Source: Flavobacteriaceae bacterium
GTDB lineage: Bacteria; Bacteroidota; Bacteroidia; Flavobacteriales; Flavobacteriaceae
Assembly (NCBI GenBank): GCA_947478365.1
Contig: CANJWG010000001.1
Coordinates: forward strand, 15,532-79,531
Length of the DNA stretch: 64,000 nucleotides
Direction of reading: 5' to 3'
The notes beneath the pieces were generated by a model. That model saw nothing but the letters and a program-made list of their open reading frames with translations. It made no database searches and was not told the origin of the DNA. The position numbers and the translations under genes were made by a program. Shown piece by piece: positions 58,913-64,000 of the stretch (positions within the stretch are counted from its first letter, which is position 1; each line of letters opens with the position of its first letter).

Positions 58913-59968
58913 ATGTCTTCCTTTTATAAATTACAAATCAAAGAAGTAAAACACGAAACTGCCAATGCCATTTCTGTTGCTTTTGCTATTCCATCCGAAC
59001 TAAAATCCGCCTATCAATTTACAGCCGGTCAATATGTAAACCTAAAATTAACTTTAGACGGTCAAGAAATTCGTCGGGCCTATTCCGTTTGTTCTTCGCC
59101 TACCAGTGATGAATTACGCATTGCTATTAAGTCGTTGAAAAATGGTCACTTTTCAAAGTTTGCCAACGAAAATTTAAAAGTTGGAGACATACTCGAAGTT
59201 GGGCAACCGGAAGGAAAATTTACTTTTGAACCATCATTTTCAAATCAAAAAAACTATGCAGGTTTTGTAGCGGGTAGTGGAATTACACCCGTTATGTCTA
59301 TACTAAAATCGGTTTTAGAAAGCGAACCTAAAAGCACTTTTGTTTTGGTTTACGGAAATAAAACTCCGGAAGAAACAATTTTTCACAACGAATTACACGA
59401 ATTGCAATTGAAATATGTTGGGCGCTTTTTTGTGCATTATGTTTTTAGCCAAGTTAAAGCAGAAGGCGAACTTTTTGCACGAATTGACAAGTCGACTGTA
59501 AATTTTGTTTTGAACAATAAACACAAAGAAAAGGCCTTTGACAAGTTTTATTTATGTGGCCCGGAAGCTATGATTAATTTGGTTTCGAATGTTTTGGCGG
59601 CACATAATGTTGCCCAAAAAAATATCAAATTTGAATTGTTTTCTACCTCTACAACTGACGAAAATACTAGTGCTGAATCGCATACGGGTCATACAAAAAT
59701 AACCGTAATGGTTGACGACGAAGAAACCACTTTCGAAATGTCACAGAAACAAACGGTTCTCGAAGCGGCTTTGAAACAAGGAATTGATGCTCCCTATTCT
59801 TGTCAGGGGGGTATTTGTAGTTCCTGCTTGGCGCGAATTACAAATGGTACTGTCGAAATGAAAAAGAATTCAATTTTAACCGATGGCGAAATTGCCGAAG
59901 GATTGATTTTAACGTGTCAAGCGCATCCGACGTCTGACGAAATTTATGTAGATTATGATGATGTGTAA
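58913..59968 (+). CDS. Ferredoxin--NADP reductase / PaaE-like FAD-NAD oxidoreductase with C-terminal 2Fe-2S domain
   Basis: RRAYS, AGSGITP, YLCGP, C.GG.C..C..LTCQ; -7 TACCTTTG at 58892-58899. Confidence 0.92.
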   Translation: MSSFYKLQIKEVKHETANAISVAFAIPSELKSAYQFTAGQYVNLKLTLDGQEIRRAYSVCSSPTSDELRIAIKSLKNGHFSKFANENLKVGDILEVGQPEGKFTFEPSFSNQKNYAGFVAGSGITPVMSILKSVLESEPKSTFVLVYGNKTPEETIFHNELHELQLKYVGRFFVHYVFSQVKAEGELFARIDKSTVNFVLNNKHKEKAFDKFYLCGPEAMINLVSNVLAAHNVAQKNIKFELFSTSTTDENTSAESHTGHTKITVMVDDEETTFEMSQKQTVLEAALKQGIDAPYSCQGGICSSCLARITNGTVEMKKNSILTDGEIAEGLILTCQAHPTSDEIYVDYDDV

Positions 59969-59969
59969 A

Positions 59970-60032
59970 TAGTTGGCAGTCGCAGTTTTCAGTTTTCAGA
60001 TGCTGCCAACTGTGACTGAATACTGAATACTA
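59970..60032. repeat. Inverted CAGT/ACTG array translated as the GT9 C-terminus
   Basis: TAGTTGGCAGTCGCAGTTTTCAGTTTTCAG..CTGCCAACTGTGACTGAATACTGAATACTA. Confidence 0.8.
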
Positions 60033-61044
60033 CTTTTTCTGGAGAAATACTTCGCATCGCATCTCCATACCCTTCAACTTTCTTATTGCCATAAACCGAC
60101 GTTGGCAATAGTGGAAACTTTTCTCTATCAGAAACCAAACAGTTTTCAAACGGTTGATTGAATGGTGCAAATCCTGCAAACGGATGTGTAGCGCCCCAAA
60201 GCGTAATCACTTTTGTTCCCAACATAGCAGCCATATGTGAATTCCCAGAATCCATAGAAAGCATTACATCAAGATTGGAAATCAAATCTAATTCTTGCTG
60301 TAGTTTTAATTTTCCTGCAACATTGATGACGTTTTGGTTGCAGTCGGAAAATGAATTTAAAATTTCAATTTCCTTGTTGCCGCCGCCGAAAAGGAAAATT
60401 TTATTAGTTGTATCAGATGCTAATTCTTCTATCACTTTTTCCATTAAATCTTGCGGATAGACTTTGGAATCGTATTGTGCAAATGGTGCAATACCAATCC
60501 ATTTTTGAGTTATTTTTTCTCCTGTGATTTTTAAGATATCTTCAGCTAAATTTACTTTTTGTGGAAACTTTGAACTCGATAAATTAATTGAAAAACCAAG
60601 CTCATTAAATGTGTCAACGTGCCTTTCAACCATACTTTTAATTGGCTTGAAGATTTTGTTTTCGGCACGTGTAAGTGCTTTTTTATCAGCTCTGCCTTTA
60701 TCCGTATATGCTACTTTTTTACCACTTAACGCGAATAGTATCCGAAGAATTTGTGAACGCAAAACATTATGCAAATCGGCGACAGCATCAATATTCAATT
60801 GCTTTAAATCAGAATGCAATTTCAATAAGCCCTTCAACCCTTTGTGTCTTCCTTTGACATCAACGGAAAAGAAATTTACATTCGGAATTCCGTTAAAAAA
60901 TGGTTTGAAAAATGGTCGGGAAACGACTGTGATTTTTACATTTGGATTTTGCTCAACAAATGCTCTAATAACAGGAACTATCATCGCAACATCGCCCATG
61001 GCAGACAATCGGATGACGGCTATATGTTGGATTGGGTTTGACAT
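59989..61044 (-). CDS. Glycosyltransferase family 9 (heptosyltransferase-like)
   Basis: RLSAMGDV, DLH, MDSGNSHMAA, LWGAT. Confidence 0.92.
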   Translation of the reverse strand: MSNPIQHIAVIRLSAMGDVAMIVPVIRAFVEQNPNVKITVVSRPFFKPFFNGIPNVNFFSVDVKGRHKGLKGLLKLHSDLKQLNIDAVADLHNVLRSQILRILFALSGKKVAYTDKGRADKKALTRAENKIFKPIKSMVERHVDTFNELGFSINLSSSKFPQKVNLAEDILKITGEKITQKWIGIAPFAQYDSKVYPQDLMEKVIEELASDTTNKIFLFGGGNKEIEILNSFSDCNQNVINVAGKLKLQQELDLISNLDVMLSMDSGNSHMAAMLGTKVITLWGATHPFAGFAPFNQPFENCLVSDREKFPLLPTSVYGNKKVEGYGDAMRSISPEKVVFSIQSQLAASEN

Positions 61045-61052
61045 ATCATAAA

Positions 61053-61130
61053 TTTGTCATTTCGACTGCAAGGAGAAATCACATAATCTTAATCAAGTGA
61101 TGAGATTCCTCCTTGCAGTCGGAATGACAA
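61053..61130. repeat. REPIN-like inverted pair of GTCATT REP units
   Basis: TTTGTCATTTCGACTGCAAGGAGAAATCACAT..ATGAGATTCCTCCTTGCAGTCGGAATGACAA. Confidence 0.88.
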
Positions 61131-61136
61131 TAAGGG

Positions 61137-61742
61137 TTATTTTTTATTTTGGTACAAAACAGGATTCAAATCATCATCGTTGTACATCTTCATTTGCTTG
61201 TACACTTTCATGAATTTGTTTCCGTTTTCAATATCAGTCAATAAATCGTTTATAGAAATGAACATGTCGCTTTTTTGGTCTAATAGAACGTTCAATTTCT
61301 CTTGACATTTGGCCCTATGTTCAGCAGTAGCTTCGGCACGATTAGCCTCTTCATTCATGTGATAAATTTTCAAGGCCAAAATGGATAAACGATCGATAGC
61401 CCATGCCGGACTTTCAGTGTTTATTTTTGCATCTGGCTTTACTTTAACAGCTGCGTGCTTTTGCAGAAAATAACTGTCGATATATTCCACCATATCCGTA
61501 CGAACCTGATTCGAGGCATCAATTTTACGCTTTAAAACTAAAGCAGCTTCGGGATCTATATTGGGGTCACGAATGATATCTTCATAATGCCATTGCACAG
61601 TATCAACCCAGTTTTTGGCATACAATAAATATTCAATGGTACCTTTAGAATAAGGGTTCATAGTAGGTTGATAGGCATCATCTATAATGTGATAATCGTT
61701 AATACTTTGTTCGAAAATAGGAAATGCAAATTGTGAAAACAT
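61137..61742 (-). CDS. DUF4254-like conserved protein
   Basis: QWHYED, IDASNQ.R.D, TESPAWAIDRLSILALK, KQMKMYND; -7 TATCTTTG at 61827-61834 supports ATG 61742. Confidence 0.82.
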   Translation of the reverse strand: MFSQFAFPIFEQSINDYHIIDDAYQPTMNPYSKGTIEYLLYAKNWVDTVQWHYEDIIRDPNIDPEAALVLKRKIDASNQVRTDMVEYIDSYFLQKHAAVKVKPDAKINTESPAWAIDRLSILALKIYHMNEEANRAEATAEHRAKCQEKLNVLLDQKSDMFISINDLLTDIENGNKFMKVYKQMKMYNDDDLNPVLYQNKK

Positions 61743-61874
61743 ATGGTTAATTTTTATTCTATTTAACTTCTTCCCGATTGCCTTAACGACAGGGGTACAT
61801 AAAATTAGTTCAAAAGGTATCGAGTGCAAAGATAGTTTTTATACTTTTACATAAACATACAAATTCTCACATTC

Positions 61875-62528
61875 ATGTATCTTCACAACATATCAGAAAA
61901 CAACAGTATTCTTAATCATTTTTTGGCACAAATTCGCGATGTTAACATCCAAAAAGACAGCATGCGTTTCAGAAAAAATATAGAGCGAATTGGCGAAATA
62001 ATGGCCTATGAACTGAGTAAGACATTAGAATATAAAAATATTGATGTTCAAACCCCTTTGGGCATTAAGCATACTACAACCATTGCCGACCATGTCGTAT
62101 TGTGTTCTATACTTCGGGCAGGATTGGCTTTGCACACTGGTTTTATGAATGTTTTTGACAATGCCGAAAATGGTTTTGTTTCTGCCTATCGACATCATTA
62201 TGATAATGATGATAAATTTGAAATTTTGGTTGAATATCAAGCTGCCCCTTCTTTTGAAGATAAAAATTTGATCTTAATTGATCCAATGTTGGCTACAGGA
62301 CAATCTATTGTGGCGGTCTTGCACAAGTTGCATTTGGAACAAAAACCAAAAGAAATTCATATCGTTGTAGTTATTGCTGCTCCGGAAGGGATTGCTTATC
62401 TTCAAAAAAATCTTCCCAAAAATTGTCATCTTTGGATTGCTGCTATTGATGAAAAGCTTAACGAGAAAAACTACATTATTCCTGGTCTTGGGGATGCCGG
62501 TGATTTAGCTTACGGAAGTAAATTATAG
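61875..62528 (+). CDS. upp: Uracil phosphoribosyltransferase
   Basis: ILRAG, DPMLATG, YIIPGLGDAGD. Confidence 0.96.
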   Translation: MYLHNISENNSILNHFLAQIRDVNIQKDSMRFRKNIERIGEIMAYELSKTLEYKNIDVQTPLGIKHTTTIADHVVLCSILRAGLALHTGFMNVFDNAENGFVSAYRHHYDNDDKFEILVEYQAAPSFEDKNLILIDPMLATGQSIVAVLHKLHLEQKPKEIHIVVVIAAPEGIAYLQKNLPKNCHLWIAAIDEKLNEKNYIIPGLGDAGDLAYGSKL

Positions 62529-63452
62529 CTGAGAAAAGTAGCAAAAAAAACAACCAGAAATAAGTATAAGCAATAGGGTTTCCTGATATATTTTGCTTTG
62601 GGAATATTCAATATTTGTAGTACACATTACAGACAAAGGCATAAATGTAAAAACTAACATTTCGTTGCTTTTCTCCGGTGAAATCAAAAAAATTGTAATT
62701 CCAATTAAAAAGCCAAAAATTATTTTTTTATAAGACGCTTGTAAAATTAATGGCTTGTTTGTCATGGAAAAAATCAATGACAACAGGAAATACAATCCAA
62801 TAACTACAAAAAATGAGAGGGCATTATTTTGATAATTGTTTGTAAAATAATCCAGTTCGAAATTAGTCTGAGTTTGATTTATAATATGTGTAATCCACGT
62901 TTTATCAAATACCAAGGCAGAAAATAAAAAGATAACTGCTGTTGCCAAAAATGCCAAAAATGGTAAAAGCCAGTTTCTAAAATCTCTTGAAACGTGAAAA
63001 AATATTGAAATGTAGACTAAAATTATAAAAAAAATACACCAAAAATGAAACAAACTGGCAATAAAAATCCACATCGAGGCATCGAAAATCTTTTCTTTTG
63101 GCGCTTTTAAAGTTTGCAAAGAAATCAATCTTCGAACAGCAAGAAGCAGAAAAAAATTGGCAAACAATAAATTAGAATTATTAAAAATCGACGGAAAAAT
63201 GAGCAGAAATAATAGGAAAAATAAAATGGTATAACTACTATTTTTTGTCAAGTTATTCTTTTTTACTGTAAAATTTACCAAGAAAAATGAAGCAAATAAT
63301 AACAAAACAAGTGTAGCTGTTTTTGAGAATCCATATACAGAAATAGTTCTAAACAGATCACTTGAGTGATACATAAAAAAGAAAATAAGCAAAAAAACTA
63401 CCACCAAAACATTATTAAGTAGTGTGGATTTTTTAAAAACGCTTGTTATCAT
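62523..63452 (-). CDS. Conserved multi-TM membrane protein (DUF6427-like)
   Basis: Highly hydrophobic 309-aa ORF convergent with upp. Confidence 0.75.
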   Translation of the reverse strand: MITSVFKKSTLLNNVLVVVFLLIFFFMYHSSDLFRTISVYGFSKTATLVLLLFASFFLVNFTVKKNNLTKNSSYTILFFLLFLLIFPSIFNNSNLLFANFFLLLAVRRLISLQTLKAPKEKIFDASMWIFIASLFHFWCIFFIILVYISIFFHVSRDFRNWLLPFLAFLATAVIFLFSALVFDKTWITHIINQTQTNFELDYFTNNYQNNALSFFVVIGLYFLLSLIFSMTNKPLILQASYKKIIFGFLIGITIFLISPEKSNEMLVFTFMPLSVMCTTNIEYSQSKIYQETLLLILISGCFFCYFSQL

Positions 63453-63497
63453 AAGGATATTTTATACATTTGTGCTGTAAATATAACATTTTATAAA

Positions 63498-63728
63498 ATG
63501 AGAGCATTTTTTGAAGGCATTCAATCTTTATTTGTAGATTTTTTATTTAAACCTCTTGATTTATTAAGGTCTTTAGAGTTAAGCAGTTGGTGGTTAGCCA
63601 ATATTGTTAGCTGGGCTTTGATTATTATCTGTGGTTATTATATTGTTTACTGGTGTAAAGAATTAGCAAAACATAGAGCCAATAACGAAGAAAACCAAGA
63701 TACAACGGCACACTCTTTTTTAAAGTAA
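63498..63728 (+). CDS. Small membrane protein (DUF6341-like)
   Basis: 76 aa, WWLAN..W TM segment; -7 TACATTTG at 63465-63472. Confidence 0.75.
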   Translation: MRAFFEGIQSLFVDFLFKPLDLLRSLELSSWWLANIVSWALIIICGYYIVYWCKELAKHRANNEENQDTTAHSFLK

Positions 63729-63762
63729 AAACCCCTTAATCCCAAAAGAGAGAAATTAGGAA

Positions 63763-64000
63763 TTATTTTAAATCTTTGCCAATATCTTTTCTAAAATACA
63801 TCTTATCAAAATGTAGCTTGTCTATATTTTGATAAGATTTTTTTATGGCTTCTTGGAAATCATTGCCAAAAGAAGTGATAGCCAAACCCCTTCCGCCATT
63901 GGTTAACACTTTCCCGTTTTCAAGTTTTGTCCCGGCATGGAAAACAAGAGAATCGTTAATATTGTCTAATCCAAAAATTTCTTTCCCTTTTTCATAATCT
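63763..64000 (-). CDS. purD: Phosphoribosylamine--glycine ligase, C-terminal part (truncated by window edge; absent from ORF track)
   Basis: Hand translation ..YEKGKEIFGLD..VFHAGTK..LTNGGR..YFRKDIGKDLK*. Confidence 0.92.
   Translation of the reverse strand, partial: DYEKGKEIFGLDNINDSLVFHAGTKLENGKVLTNGGRGLAITSFGNDFQEAIKKSYQNIDKLHFDKMYFRKDIGKDLK

Noticed and set aside
60524-61051. 175-aa plus-strand ORF and similar ORFs (e.g. 13493-13987, 3847-4239, 46708-47019)
   Set aside because: Antisense shadows of well-supported genes with no recognisable motifs.
63730-63760. CCCCTTAATCCCAAAAGAGAG as another degenerate repeat or terminator
   Set aside because: Stem too weak and no second copy in the window.
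63880-63900. PurD reads GGRGL rather than the usual GGRVL
   Set aside because: Single substitution or sequencing error; cannot be evaluated from sequence alone.

Overview
AT-rich Flavobacterium-like (Bacteroidota) chromosomal window, almost entirely core genes: an iron/metal locus (feoB 3' end, TonB-dependent receptor, an unannotated 41-aa Cys-rich peptide, ZIP transporter, DtxR/MntR regulator), crtY, trhO, ricT-gldH-PBP1A-scoAB, a T9SS-secreted S8 protease, a heme cluster (hemACDEFB divergent from AraC-hemH-hemJ), recA, trpS, dprA, envC, dut, a flippase, atpBEFHAG preceded by sprE and a bactofilin, upp and the purD 3' end. I saw no rRNA, tRNA, CRISPR array, prophage or transposase. The unusual signal is at small scale. 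(1) At least four short GC-rich repeat or palindrome families sit in frame inside housekeeping genes (crtY, trhO, ricT, and twice in hemB). (2) REP/REPIN-like GTCATT..GGAATC hairpins and many 6-9-nt tandem or inverted arrays lie at gene boundaries; one array family repeatedly coincides with TAG stop codons. (3) Three genes appear collapsed by deletion (an outer-membrane barrel, ogt, an ECF sigma factor). (4) Fur-like, DtxR-like and AraC-like operator candidates link iron uptake and heme synthesis. All product calls come from recognising protein motifs and synteny by eye; no database searches were run.
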